64,000 nt of DNA from a bacterium (GCA_040756235.1 JBFLZG010000080.1:1-64000); one strand, 5' to 3'; counted from the stretch's first letter, positions 8,135 through 18,050 are shown. The notes: a model not told the origin generated them from the letters alone. Translations and numbers: made by a program.

Positions 8135-8941
8135 ATGGAATTCTCCTCGGAGATCGAAAGCGCCGCAGCCGTTCTCAGGAAGAGCAAGTTCCTCGTGGCC
8201 TTTTCCGGTGCCGGCATGTCGGCGGAGAGCGGCATCCCCACCTTCAGGGATCCGGGCGGCATCTGGGATCAATTCGACCCTGAAGAGATCGGGACCGCTC
8301 CCGGGCTCATGCAGACCCTCACCCGTGTGCCGGACAAAATCCGCTCCTTCCTCGAACAGACACTCAAGGTCTTCCTGGAGGCCAGACCCAATCCCGGTCA
8401 CGTCGCCCTCGGGACACTCGAAAGGCTCGGCCTGCTGAGGACCGTCATCACCCAGAACGTGGACAACCTGCATCAGGAGGCGGGCAACACGAACGTCCTG
8501 GAGATGCACGGAAACCTGTATCGGCAATGCTGCCTCGCCTGCGGCAGGCGGAAGATGCTGCACCGGGACGAATTCCTCGGGACCTTTCTGAAGAGGCTGA
8601 CCCAGCTGAAGAGCTTCGATCTGCCGTCGATCCTGCGCGAGCTGCCTCGATGCGCGTGCGGCAACAGCATGCGCCCCGACGTCGTCATGTTCGGCGAACA
8701 GGTTCAGAAGATCCAGGAGTCGTTCGAAGCAGCCGCCCGCTGCACCGCCATGCTCATCCTCGGGACCTCCGGCGTGGTCTATCCGGCAGCCGCGCTCCCA
8801 CAGAAGGCCAAGGCTGCGGGCGCCACGGTGATCGAGATCAATCCGGGACACAGCAGCTATTACGGAATGGTGGACGTCCGGATCCAGGCGCCCACGGGAC
8901 AGGTGCTGCCCAGGATCGTGGAAAGAATGATGGACGCGTAG
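8135..8941 (+). CDS. cobB: NAD-dependent protein deacylase (sirtuin)
   Basis: GAGMSAESGIPTFRDPGGIW, PNPGH, TQNVDNLHQEAG, EMHGN, CxxC...CxC, RPDVVMFGE, GTSGVVYPAA, EIN. RBS AAGGAGG. Confidence 0.93.
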   Translation: MEFSSEIESAAAVLRKSKFLVAFSGAGMSAESGIPTFRDPGGIWDQFDPEEIGTAPGLMQTLTRVPDKIRSFLEQTLKVFLEARPNPGHVALGTLERLGLLRTVITQNVDNLHQEAGNTNVLEMHGNLYRQCCLACGRRKMLHRDEFLGTFLKRLTQLKSFDLPSILRELPRCACGNSMRPDVVMFGEQVQKIQESFEAAARCTAMLILGTSGVVYPAAALPQKAKAAGATVIEINPGHSSYYGMVDVRIQAPTGQVLPRIVERMMDA

Positions 8942-8952
8942 CGCTCTCTTCC

Positions 8953-9094
8953 GTCATCCCGGCGCAGGCCGGGGTCCGGTCCCTCCCGGCGAAAGCCGGG
9001 ATCCATTCGCTCCCTTCCGCATGATGCACCCTTCTGGAATCCCGGCTCGCGCGCGCTGCGCGGCATGGGCCGGGATGTCGAAGACGTGACACCG
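8953..9094 (-). repeat. Family B palindromic repeat copy
   Basis: GTCATCCCGGCGCAGGCCGGGG...GGATCC...CCCGGCTCGCGCGCGCTGCG..ATGGGCCGGGATG, matching 6701-6812 and 26909-27020. Confidence 0.75.
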
Positions 9095-9317
9095 GAATGC
9101 GGCCCCTGCTGTTCGAACCTTGCGAGGCCTGCAGGGCCGTGCAATCCCACCGTTACCGAGAGATCGCCACGCTCGCTCGCGACTTTCGAAATTGAACATG
9201 CATTCAAATTCGGGCGGAAGATTCCATGAGCCCGTGCGAGAGAGTCAGACACTCACTTGTGAAAATTACTTATTTTTTAAGGCCTTTCACATTCACGCGG
9301 CAATGCGAAAAATTTTG

Positions 9318-9346
9318 TTGACAGCGATCATGGATATTGAAATACT
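9318..9346 (+). promoter_or_regulatory. Putative sigma70 promoter of the lipoprotein/DUF1302/DUF1329 operon
   Basis: TTGACA-17 nt-AATACT in an AT-rich island. Near-palindromes lie at ~9191-9207 and ~9369-9386. Confidence 0.5.
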
Positions 9347-9488
9347 TCGAACGCTTCTTCAAAAAGGGAATGAATGACACTTTATTTTACCGGCCTCTAT
9401 GCTCGTGCCCGGATGGAGGCGCCGCAAGCATCCGCACGCACCAGCCGGGCGCAGGCCATCAACGGACAAGGACAGAAGGAGGTTCGCA

Positions 9489-10253
9489 ATGAGAAACTGT
9501 GCCGGACGAAAATTTCTGTTCCTCCTGCTCGTGTTTGCCGCGCTTCCTGCGTGGCTCTTCAGCGCCTGCGACGACGCGACCTGCCCGCCGTGCCAAGGCG
9601 GGGGAGGGGGCGATGAGACGCTCGACCTGTCGGGCATGGTCATCGATCTTTTCACCTACCAGCCGGTCGCGGGCGCCACGGTGGAACTGATTGACGGCAG
9701 CATCTCCACCACGAGCGGAGCGGACGGCTCCTGGACCCTCGCGGGTCTGCCTGCAGATGCGGACGACCCGCTCATCCGTATCTCCCAGGGTGAGTTCGAC
9801 TCCTACAACAGTTTCCCGATCTCGCTCGGGGTCACGCAGTACGACCTGGGCGTGGTCAGCCCGGACATGTTCACGCTCATGGTCATGGGCTTCGGCCTGA
9901 ACCCCCAGACCGCCTCCTTGATCCTCGGGATGGTCGTCGGCTTCGATTCGATCGACTACCCTCAACAGCAGACTTTTCTGGCAGACGCGGTGGTGACCGT
10001 CACGCCTCCCACGCCGGCGACCAGCGGCCCCGTCTACCTGGATGCAGCGGGTAATCCGAACCCGGCCCTCACGGCGACGAGCGAGAGCGGGGCTTTTCTG
10101 GCCTTCGTGCCGGACGCGACGGCCGTCACGAGCGTCTCCGTGAGCGGAACGCGTCCGGGCTCCAATCTGGTCGGTCCCGCGACCAACCCGGTCTTCCCTG
10201 GTGCCTTTGTCCTGACCGGGCTCATCGACATCAACTACACTCCGGCGCCGTAG
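9489..10253 (+). CDS. Lipoprotein with a carboxypeptidase-regulatory-like (prealbumin-fold) domain
   Basis: Lipobox LFSAC after a hydrophobic stretch. Pattern LSGMVID...PVAGATVEL...TTSGADGSWTLAGLP. RBS AAGGAGG. Confidence 0.7.
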   Translation: MRNCAGRKFLFLLLVFAALPAWLFSACDDATCPPCQGGGGGDETLDLSGMVIDLFTYQPVAGATVELIDGSISTTSGADGSWTLAGLPADADDPLIRISQGEFDSYNSFPISLGVTQYDLGVVSPDMFTLMVMGFGLNPQTASLILGMVVGFDSIDYPQQQTFLADAVVTVTPPTPATSGPVYLDAAGNPNPALTATSESGAFLAFVPDATAVTSVSVSGTRPGSNLVGPATNPVFPGAFVLTGLIDINYTPAP

Positions 10254-10348
10254 CCGGAGCATTTGAGCGACCGCGGCCGCGACGCGCTGCCGGCCGAGAG
10301 GATGGCGGTCCATGTAACAGCACCGTACCCGCTTAAAAGATCGAGCCC

Positions 10349-11332
10349 ATGCTTCAACCGGCACAACCCATCCCCAGCGCACCTCCCATTCCGGCGTACG
10401 ACCGGAGCTTCGGGTACATCGCCTACGGGCTGCTCCTGGCCACCATCCTGCTGTCCACGTACGCCCACCACCTGAGGCCCGATCTCCTGAACGTCCCGAG
10501 CAACCGGGAAATCGCGAGCTGGAGAAATCCTGCCCTCGAGGAGACCACCCTGGCCGACCGCATGACTCCGGAGCAGCGAGCCCTGCTGCTCTCCGAAGGA
10601 GTCCCCCAGAGCACGAGCCTGGGGTCGCTCCTGTTCGGAGACATCCTCTCCCTGGCCCTGGGGTGGCTCTGCTTCGTCCACGCCCGCAGGCACTACGGCT
10701 TCTGGATGGCGAGTTGTTTTCTCGTCGGCTCCTTCGTCTTCACCGGGCTCGAGGAGTCGATGTGGATCCTTCTCGGCAGGTTCGGGTCCTTCGGCTCTGT
10801 CAACGCCGTCAACGCCTTCGGCGAGCCGGTCTGCGGCACCTACTGGTTCACCAAAGGCGTCCTGTGGTTCCTCGAGACGCCGGTTACCGCGTGCGTCGGC
10901 TGGTTCTACATCGCTTACGCCTGCGTCCTCGTCGCGGGGAAGGTCTTCCCGAGGATGGGGCTCTTGGGGCGGGCCACGGTCGGCGGCCTCATCGCGATGG
11001 GCATCGATCTCTGGATGGACCCGGTGGTGACGTCCCCCGAGATGGTGAGCTGGGTGTGGGCCAAGGGCGACGTCTTTCTGTTCTTCGGGATCCCCCACAC
11101 CAACTTCGTCGGCTGGTTCCTGCTCATTTTTCTGTTTGCCATCTTCTGGGAAAAGCTGCCGGGCATGGAGCAGAAGTGGGGCCGGCCCAAGGCGACGGCG
11201 CTCTTTTTCCTGGGCCTGTTCGCGACCGAAATCGGCATTCTCGTCTTCTTCCTGGTCTGGATGCCCGTGCTCGGCAAGATCCTGTCCGCCGCCGGCACGG
11301 AGCATGCCGTGCGCATACCGGAGGGCTGGTGA
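10349..11332 (+). CDS. CruF-like 'carotenoid biosynthesis' (DUF422) membrane protein, putative hydratase
   Basis: Multiple TM segments with E..., P..ACVGW, DLWMDP, WVW..G...FGIPHTNFVGW motifs. Confidence 0.7.
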   Translation: MLQPAQPIPSAPPIPAYDRSFGYIAYGLLLATILLSTYAHHLRPDLLNVPSNREIASWRNPALEETTLADRMTPEQRALLLSEGVPQSTSLGSLLFGDILSLALGWLCFVHARRHYGFWMASCFLVGSFVFTGLEESMWILLGRFGSFGSVNAVNAFGEPVCGTYWFTKGVLWFLETPVTACVGWFYIAYACVLVAGKVFPRMGLLGRATVGGLIAMGIDLWMDPVVTSPEMVSWVWAKGDVFLFFGIPHTNFVGWFLLIFLFAIFWEKLPGMEQKWGRPKATALFFLGLFATEIGILVFFLVWMPVLGKILSAAGTEHAVRIPEGW

Positions 11333-11410
11333 TCCTTGCCCGGCGCCGGCAGATCCCGGCGCCGGCCGCACCTTTGGGAAGCTGCAGCATTTGAACAGGG
11401 GGGAACAATC

Positions 11411-12916
11411 ATGGCCAAGAGAGCTGCGACCGTTTGGTTCCTGACCGGCTTTCTCCTGGCGGCAGCCGCGACCGCTGAAGGATTCGACTTCAGCATCGGG
11501 GAGAGCATCTCCGGCACCGTGAAAGGAGACCTGACTTACACGGCCAGACTTCGCACCGAGTACCCGGACTGGAAGCTCGAAGGACTGGCCAGCGGCGACA
11601 GCAACTTCGACAAAGGGGACCTCGTCAACAACAAGTTCATCGAGCGGGTGGAGATCGAGACACAGTTCGGCGAGTACGTCACCTTCTTCGGCAGGGACGA
11701 GGTCTTCGTGGACACGGTGTTCTTTGACGAGGACAAGTACAGGTACTCCATCCGCAAGCACGCGGCCTACAACTTCACCGATGCGCTGGAGTACTACCTC
11801 GAAGGGCACTACGGCGACTTGACGGTCCGCGCGGGCCGCCAGATCGTCCAGTGGGGGGATTCGGTCGCGCCCGTCTTCGCCCAGGGAGTCAACACCATCA
11901 GCCAATTCTTCGGCGCCAAGGTGGCGGCGGCCGGCTACACGCTGCGCGACTACCAGGTCCCGAGCCACATGGTCTGGATCAGCTACGAGTTCCTGGAAAA
12001 CTGGTCCGTCGAGCCCGTCTGGGCCCCGGACTTCGATCCGCGGTACGCCATGCCGGTCGTGGGCACCTACCAGAGCTTTAGCGACAGCCTCGGATTCGGC
12101 GAGGACGGCGCGATCGACGACCAGAGGCCGAAGAAGTTCGTGGATCAGCAGCAGTACGGCGCGGCCATCCACAAGGTCTTCCCCGGCCTCAAGAACTTCG
12201 AGCTCGGCTTCTACTACTTCCACCACAAGGACCACGCCCCTGCCATCACCTTCGACCTGGCGACCGACCCCAAGCCGGTGGCGACCTATCCGGGAATCGA
12301 CATGTACGGCATGAGCTTCTCCCAGGCCTTCGAGGAGCTCGGCCTCAACCTCCAGGTGAACGGAGAGCTCGCGTACCGGCCCAATGACATTCTCCAGCGC
12401 AACCTCATCGTCACCAACCCGATCATCGCCCAGGCGCTGGGGATCGAGGTCGGCGACAGCCTCGGCGCCATCGGCGGCTACGACGAGGGCAAGACCCTGA
12501 CCTGGGTGTTCGGCGGCTCCCGCCTGTTCTCCGACTGCCTGAGCTTCACGCCCTGGACTTTCGCCATGTTCGCCATGTATGAGTTTTACGGCAAGCTCAA
12601 CCTCGAATACGAGGATGAGAAGAATTACTCCGACCCGGAGAAGACCGCCTATTACATGCTCAGCCTGCCGCTGAGCGTCGCCGACCTGGTTCCCAGGACG
12701 AACCTGACCTTCCAGTTCGACGGAAGCGGCACGCTCCACAGCGAGCAGAACTCCCTGCACCGTTTCAGCTTCAGCTTCAAGGCCAGGTACGGAGACAACT
12801 GGGAGGGGCTGGTCGGGTACGACTATGTGGTCGGCGAGGCGGAGCAGAACGTCGGTCCGAACAACATGTCCGACCGCGACGCCCTGACGTTCAAGTTCAC
12901 CTGGTACTGGATATAG
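11411..12916 (+). CDS. DUF1302 family outer-membrane beta-barrel protein
   Basis: Signal peptide, SGDSNFDKGDLV, RAGRQIVQWGDS, QYGAA, GELAYRPN, C-terminal SDRDALTFKFTWY. Confidence 0.85.
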   Translation: MAKRAATVWFLTGFLLAAAATAEGFDFSIGESISGTVKGDLTYTARLRTEYPDWKLEGLASGDSNFDKGDLVNNKFIERVEIETQFGEYVTFFGRDEVFVDTVFFDEDKYRYSIRKHAAYNFTDALEYYLEGHYGDLTVRAGRQIVQWGDSVAPVFAQGVNTISQFFGAKVAAAGYTLRDYQVPSHMVWISYEFLENWSVEPVWAPDFDPRYAMPVVGTYQSFSDSLGFGEDGAIDDQRPKKFVDQQQYGAAIHKVFPGLKNFELGFYYFHHKDHAPAITFDLATDPKPVATYPGIDMYGMSFSQAFEELGLNLQVNGELAYRPNDILQRNLIVTNPIIAQALGIEVGDSLGAIGGYDEGKTLTWVFGGSRLFSDCLSFTPWTFAMFAMYEFYGKLNLEYEDEKNYSDPEKTAYYMLSLPLSVADLVPRTNLTFQFDGSGTLHSEQNSLHRFSFSFKARYGDNWEGLVGYDYVVGEAEQNVGPNNMSDRDALTFKFTWYWI

Positions 12917-12970
12917 CTCGGAGCTTTCGCATCGACGAGCTCCGTGAATCCTTCCAAGGAGGAGTCTTCC

Positions 12971-14302
12971 ATGAGAAAGCTGACGATCTGCGTTCTGGTC
13001 ACCCTGTCGGCCTTCGTGACCTGGGCCCCGGGAACGCTTGCGCAAGAAGGTCCGTATACCCGCTTCGGCGCCGAAGCCGGCGGCAACGCCACGGGCGATA
13101 TTCCTGCGTTCGAGGGCGCCAAGGGGCTGACGTGCCCGGGCAACTATCAGAAGGGCGAATACCTCCCCAACCCCTACGCGGCCGAAAAGCCCCTGTTCCG
13201 CATCGACCACACCAACGTCGACCAGTATGCCCAGAGGCTCTCGCCCGGCCAGATCGAGAGGCTCAGGAGACACAAGAACTATTACATGAACGTCTTCCCC
13301 AGCCACCGGAATTTCGAGCACCCGGAAGGTTACCTCGCCGCCACGGACAAGAACCGCCAGACGTGCAAGCTCGACGAGCAGCACGTCCTGCACGGCTTCA
13401 ACGGCGGACTCCCCTATCCGGCCCCCAAGGACGGGTATGAAGCCATATGGAACGTGAAGAAGCCGTGGGCCGGCGACGACCTGATCACCGACGACTGCCG
13501 CCGCGTCGTCGATCCCTCCGGTCAGATCCGCAAGAGCCGCTGGACCACCAAGATCATGGCCTTCGACGAGACCCGGATGACCGGCCAGGTTCCGAACCCG
13601 GAAGGCGTGACCCTGAAGATCGTCTCCTTCTACTCCTATCCTGCAGACCGGGAGGGCGAGGCTTCCCTGTCCTTCGCCTATATCGACGACAACAAGGAGA
13701 CGGACGTGTGGAGCTACCTGCCCACGCTGAGGCGGGTGCGCAGGGCCCCCACGCTGGTCGGCGGAACGCAGCTCGACGGCGAATCCACGGTCGACGAGAT
13801 CGGGTTCGATTTCCGGGACAACATCAACGAGTGGACCTGGAAGCTCCTGGGCAAGAAAGAGCTTTACGTCGCGGCAAACAACTACGAAGTCTGGAAGCTC
13901 GGCGCCAAGGACGAGGAGGAGTGTCACCCTCAGGACCTGAATCCCGAGAGAATCCGCTACGAGCTGCATCGGGTCTGGGTGGTCGAGGGGACCCTCGCCG
14001 AAGGGCAAAGCCATCCGTACAGCAAGCGCGTGTCCTACTATGACGAGGACTTCTGGCAGCCGGTGGTGGCCGAGCGCTACGACAAGCGCAACAATCTCTG
14101 GAGAATGGCCGAGTATTTTCAGTGCTACAACTACTGCACGAAACAGCGCTACGTGATCGGTTACATTTACGTGAACCTCGAGTCCGGCCGTTACGAGGTC
14201 TTCGGCGGATGCCGGAACGAGAATACCAGGACCAACGCCACGGACATCGGCCTGAAGGAAGAGGAGTTCACGGTCCAGGCCCTGAGAAAGCTCGGCCGCT
14301 AG
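12971..14302 (+). CDS. DUF1329 family periplasmic protein (LolA-like fold)
   Basis: Signal peptide, GAEAGGNATGDIPAF, EKPLFRIDHTNVDQY, WSYLPTLRRVRRAP, RYELHRVWVVEG, HPYSKRV.Y.DED.W. Confidence 0.9.
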   Translation: MRKLTICVLVTLSAFVTWAPGTLAQEGPYTRFGAEAGGNATGDIPAFEGAKGLTCPGNYQKGEYLPNPYAAEKPLFRIDHTNVDQYAQRLSPGQIERLRRHKNYYMNVFPSHRNFEHPEGYLAATDKNRQTCKLDEQHVLHGFNGGLPYPAPKDGYEAIWNVKKPWAGDDLITDDCRRVVDPSGQIRKSRWTTKIMAFDETRMTGQVPNPEGVTLKIVSFYSYPADREGEASLSFAYIDDNKETDVWSYLPTLRRVRRAPTLVGGTQLDGESTVDEIGFDFRDNINEWTWKLLGKKELYVAANNYEVWKLGAKDEEECHPQDLNPERIRYELHRVWVVEGTLAEGQSHPYSKRVSYYDEDFWQPVVAERYDKRNNLWRMAEYFQCYNYCTKQRYVIGYIYVNLESGRYEVFGGCRNENTRTNATDIGLKEEEFTVQALRKLGR

Positions 14303-14305
14303 ACA

Positions 14306-14453
14306 GAGGCTGTCCCGAAGCGGCCCTCCCCGTCATCCCCGCCTGCCCCGGATCGAGTTCGGGGCAGGCGCGGGAATCCCCCTGCACATCGGGATCCCGG
14401 CTCGCGGCCGCTACGCGGCCTTGGCCGGGGATGACAGAATATGACGCAGCCGC
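14306..14453. mobile_element. Degenerate family B MITE-like element just after the DUF1329 stop codon
   Basis: Ends GAGGCTGTCCCGAA and GAATATGACGCAGCCGC. Interior GTCATCCCCGC...GGGATCCCGG...CCGGGGATGAC. Confidence 0.6.
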
Positions 14454-14829
14454 GAACGCGGGCATCCCCCTGCCTGCCGGGATCCCTGGGCGCAGCAAGC
14501 AACCCCCCTACAACGCCGGGTGGAACCGCTGGCCGGGGAGGACACCCGCCGGACACGTCTTGTAGGGGCGACGCATGCGTCGCCCTTTCCGGAGGCCAAA
14601 CCACGACCATCCGGAACCAGAGGGGCGCAGGGACTGGTTCTCAGCTCTTGGTTAACGGATTTCCGGCTTTGCTGTGCCATTTTTGTAATCCACCCCTCCC
14701 CTGCTCTCTCTCCGGGCTCAAAAACGGTATTTCTTCAGGCTCCCGGAATTTTCACAATTTCTCAGAACAAACAAGCGGTTATCGCGCCACGCCTCAACGG
14801 CTTCACCATCTCCGGCGCCGCCTCCGGAC

Positions 14830-14845
14830 TGGCATTCCTTTTGCC
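14830..14845 (+). promoter_or_regulatory. Putative sigma54 (-24/-12) promoter of the FHA gene
   Basis: TGGCAT-TCCTT-TTGCC with exact GG-N10-GC spacing, about 100 nt upstream of the ATG. Confidence 0.6.
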
Positions 14846-14943
14846 TTGCCTCCAACTGCGATCATGAGTAGACTTGCGAAGAACTTTGGGCCGTCTCGCC
14901 GGAGAACCGCCCGCTTTCACATCCACTACAGGAGGGCTGTTTC

Positions 14944-16116
14944 ATGGATATGAGAATTGCCCCAGGCACGCCCGCCCACCCCCAGCCCCTGGAGCTGGCG
15001 ACCATGCTGGAAGACCTGGAGGCGTTCAGGGAATTGCGGCAGCGCCTTGACAGATACACGAGGCTCCTGGAAAACACCGAGAGGCACCGAGACACCGTTC
15101 GGCCCGGCATCTACCAGAAGGTCCGAAGCGAGTACGCGGCGCGCCAGCAGGAACTGCAGGGACAGGAGGACCGGGACGGATCCGATCTCGGCGAGCGAGC
15201 CCAGCGCTTCCTGCGCCAGCACGGCGATCTCAGGGCCGCTGCGCGGGAGAACCGCGACAGCATAGACGAGATCGAGTTCCGCGTCCGAGTGGGAGAGTTT
15301 TCGGAAGAGGAGGTTGCAGACGAGCTGCAAAGTCTTGAACAGACTCTGCAGGAAACCACGACGTCCATCCGCAGCCTGGGCGAGGTGCTGGGGGTCTGCA
15401 CGCAGCTCGATCTGCTGCCGGAGAGGACGCCGGACTCCCGGGAAACGGAAGCCGATGCGGGAGACCCGGACGAGGACCTGGCTGCGGACCCGGAGCCCGA
15501 GTCGTTCTTCCGCAGCGAGCAGATCGAGGAGTCGGAAGACTCCCGGGGGCCGGTATCCTGCGAGCCGGCGGTGAACGCGCCGGAAGGTCCGGGGGACGGC
15601 TCGGTCGAGAAATCGTCTCCGCGGATGTCGGCCGCGACCCAGGCGGACTTTCTGGTGGTGGAAGAAGAAGACGTCGAGAGCAGCTCGACACAGATCCCGG
15701 TAATCGAATGCCCGGAGAGCCTGTCCTGCGGATCTTCCCTGGAAGGGCCCGGCGACGGCGGGGACGCTTCTCCCGGGGACGCCCTCGTCTGCGGTTACCT
15801 GTGCGCTCTCGAGGGCAGCCGGAAGGGCACCCGTTTCCCGCTGATCTCCTCGGACATCACCATGGGCAAGTCGCCCGGGATCGACATCCGCCTCATGGAC
15901 ACGGGCATCGCCAACTTCCACGCCCGCGTCGTCTACAAAGGCCGCAAGCACTACCTGGAGAACCTGGACCCGATGGGCCGGAGCTTCGTGAACGGCATCC
16001 AGGCGGACCTGGTCGAGCTCAAGGACGGCGACCTGATCCGCCTCGGAGAGATCAAGATGCGCGTCGAGTTCGCTCCCTCCCATGCCACTGAGCTCGCCTC
16101 CCCGCAGGCTGCCTAG
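14944..16116 (+). CDS. Coiled-coil, acidic-linker, FHA domain protein
   Basis: N-terminal coiled coil. C-terminal ITMGKSPGIDIRL.D..IANFHARV...LENLDPMGRSFVNG...LKDGDLIRLG. The phosphothreonine-binding GR and S residues look substituted. Confidence 0.8.
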   Translation: MDMRIAPGTPAHPQPLELATMLEDLEAFRELRQRLDRYTRLLENTERHRDTVRPGIYQKVRSEYAARQQELQGQEDRDGSDLGERAQRFLRQHGDLRAAARENRDSIDEIEFRVRVGEFSEEEVADELQSLEQTLQETTTSIRSLGEVLGVCTQLDLLPERTPDSRETEADAGDPDEDLAADPEPESFFRSEQIEESEDSRGPVSCEPAVNAPEGPGDGSVEKSSPRMSAATQADFLVVEEEDVESSSTQIPVIECPESLSCGSSLEGPGDGGDASPGDALVCGYLCALEGSRKGTRFPLISSDITMGKSPGIDIRLMDTGIANFHARVVYKGRKHYLENLDPMGRSFVNGIQADLVELKDGDLIRLGEIKMRVEFAPSHATELASPQAA

Positions 16117-16267
16117 GAGGCTGTCCATAAATGCCCATCTGCGGCGTTGCGCTCATCCTTCGTCATTGCGGCGTACTCCCATGTACGCCTCATTCCTCAG
16201 GATTTCGCGCGCCTTGCATCTGGACATTTCTGAACAGCCTCCCGGAGCCGAATTCTTGGACGGGCTC
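16117..16267. mobile_element. MITE-like element, family A, copy 3
   Basis: GAGGCTGTCCA...CCATCTGCGGCGTTGC...GTACGCCTC...CCTTGCATCTGG...GAACAGCCTC...TGGACGGGCTC. CTAG flanks both sides, and the left CTAG contains the FHA stop codon. Confidence 0.8.
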
Positions 16268-16310
16268 CTAGCCGCGCGCCAGGAGGCGCCTTTGACGAGG
16301 AGCGAAAAGA

Positions 16311-17822
16311 ATGCTTTTACCCTGCCCCTGCTGTAAAGAGAGCTTCCGCTTCGACGAAGGGAAGATCCGCGCCGGCAGGGCGCGGCTGAAGTGCCCCGCC
16401 TGCGGCGGCCTCTTCCTTCTGCAGAACCCGCGGCAACCCAGCCTTCAGCCCTCCTGGTTCGGGCCCGCAGGATCCAGGCCGGAGGCGGCCGCAGCGGCGG
16501 CGAGTGTTCCGGACGCCGAGCCGATGGTCGCGGCGGAGGCGGCAGCGTCAGAGCCCGCCTTCCCGTGCCCGGCGGGTCTCGGCCTGCCCTCCGGCCCGGA
16601 ACCGGCCGTACGCAAGGCGCGGAGGCTCCGGGCCGCTGCCGCCCTCTGGATCCTGGCGCCCGTCTGCGGCCTCCTTCTGGCCGTGCTGGGGATCCTGATG
16701 CCCGTGACCTGGAAGAGCTCCGTCCGTCCCGGACAGGCGCTTCACGAAAAAGACGAGCGGCAGCCTGCCGGCGCCCGGTCCGAATCGATGGGAGCCGATC
16801 CTCAGAAGACGAATTCGTACAGCTCGGAGTCCGGCCCAAGCTTGCTGGATCCCGAGCGGCCGGGGCCGGCGGCACACTCGGTCTATCTCCTCCTCGGCAT
16901 GGGTGCGGCCCACCCCTGCAAGACCCTCGCCGGCCTGGAGCAGAACCCTGTTCAGGCCGATTGGGGAAAGGCCTGCACGCTCTATCCGTACTGGATCGCC
17001 TTTCTTTCGTCCGAATCCCAGGCCGATCTGCCCTGTTCGATCGACTCCCTGTTTTCGACCGCCACCGAGGCCGTCCGGAACCCCGGCCCTTGTCCGGAGG
17101 CCTTGGCCTTTCTGACCGCCTATTACGTCCAGAAGAAGGTTCCGGATCGGTCTCAGGCCTATCTGGATGAGGCGCGCCAGCTCGCTCCGAACCACCCGTG
17201 GGTGAGGTGGACGGAGGCCCTCTTTCATCTCCGGATCTCAGGGGACCGGCAGAAGGGAGAGGCCCTTCTGAAGGAAGTGGTGGAGGAGCTCCCTGACTTC
17301 CAGCTCGCCCGCTACTTGCTGGCCAAGGCCCACATCCGGGCAGAGGAGTATCAGAAGGCCGAAGAGATGCTCGTGGGCCTGTCCGGGTCCTACCCTCAAT
17401 ACCAGCCGATAGGTCAGATCCGCACCAGTCTCGCCTCGATCGTGCAATCGCCCTATTACAGTCAGACCAAGGCCTACGCGCTGCTTCAGACCGGCAAGGC
17501 GTTTCTTTCGCTCCAGGAGTACCCGATGGCTGAGGAGCTGTTCCGCAGGGTGCTCGAAGGCATGCCCGGCAAGCTGTCCTCGGAGGAGGAGAAGACGGCT
17601 TTCCTGGAGCTCGGGCGTCTGTGCGAGCTGCGGGGCGACAAAGAAGGCGCCTACCGTTCCTATCAGGATGCCCTTCGGGTAGACCCGATGTTCCCGGAGC
17701 CTTTGAAGCGCATCCAGAGCCTCCTGCACGGCGGAGAGAAGGCGGCCTCGCCCGAGAGCAGCGGCCCGATGCCGGGGATCAGTTACCAGACCCCCGCCAA
17801 GCCTCCGACGACCATCAACTGA
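16311..17822 (+). CDS. Zinc-ribbon (MJ0042-finger-like), single TM, TPR protein
   Basis: CPCC...F.FDE.KI.....LKCPAC at the N-terminus, a hydrophobic segment, and C-terminal TPR-like helical repeats. Confidence 0.8.
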   Translation: MLLPCPCCKESFRFDEGKIRAGRARLKCPACGGLFLLQNPRQPSLQPSWFGPAGSRPEAAAAAASVPDAEPMVAAEAAASEPAFPCPAGLGLPSGPEPAVRKARRLRAAAALWILAPVCGLLLAVLGILMPVTWKSSVRPGQALHEKDERQPAGARSESMGADPQKTNSYSSESGPSLLDPERPGPAAHSVYLLLGMGAAHPCKTLAGLEQNPVQADWGKACTLYPYWIAFLSSESQADLPCSIDSLFSTATEAVRNPGPCPEALAFLTAYYVQKKVPDRSQAYLDEARQLAPNHPWVRWTEALFHLRISGDRQKGEALLKEVVEELPDFQLARYLLAKAHIRAEEYQKAEEMLVGLSGSYPQYQPIGQIRTSLASIVQSPYYSQTKAYALLQTGKAFLSLQEYPMAEELFRRVLEGMPGKLSSEEEKTAFLELGRLCELRGDKEGAYRSYQDALRVDPMFPEPLKRIQSLLHGGEKAASPESSGPMPGISYQTPAKPPTTIN

Positions 17823-17908
17823 ACACGCCACTGAACACGGACACACGCGGCAAGTCACCCCGGCCTGCGTCGCCTTGACATGTTCCATCATCCCGGCCCG
17901 GGTGTCGC

Positions 17909-18050
17909 AAGGCCGTGTCGTTTTCGTCATCCCGGCCCACCTGCGGAGCGCGTGTGAGCCGGGATCCAGGAGCGAGCATCATACGGGAGGTAGGGAATGG
18001 ATCCCCGCTTTCGCCGGGAGGGACTGGATTCCGGCCTGCGCCGGAATGAC
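17909..18050 (+). repeat. Family B palindromic repeat copy
   Basis: AAGGCCGTGTCGTTTTC-GTCATCCCGGCCCACCTGCGGAGCGCGTGTGAGCCGGGATCC...CTGGATTCCGGCCTGCGCCGGAATGAC. Confidence 0.8.

Noticed and set aside
10235..14014. 1259-aa minus-strand ORF and other long antisense ORFs (27836-31183, 38020-40284, 46388-48538, 54701-57364)
   Set aside because: Shadow ORFs opposite well-supported genes, expected from high-GC codon bias.
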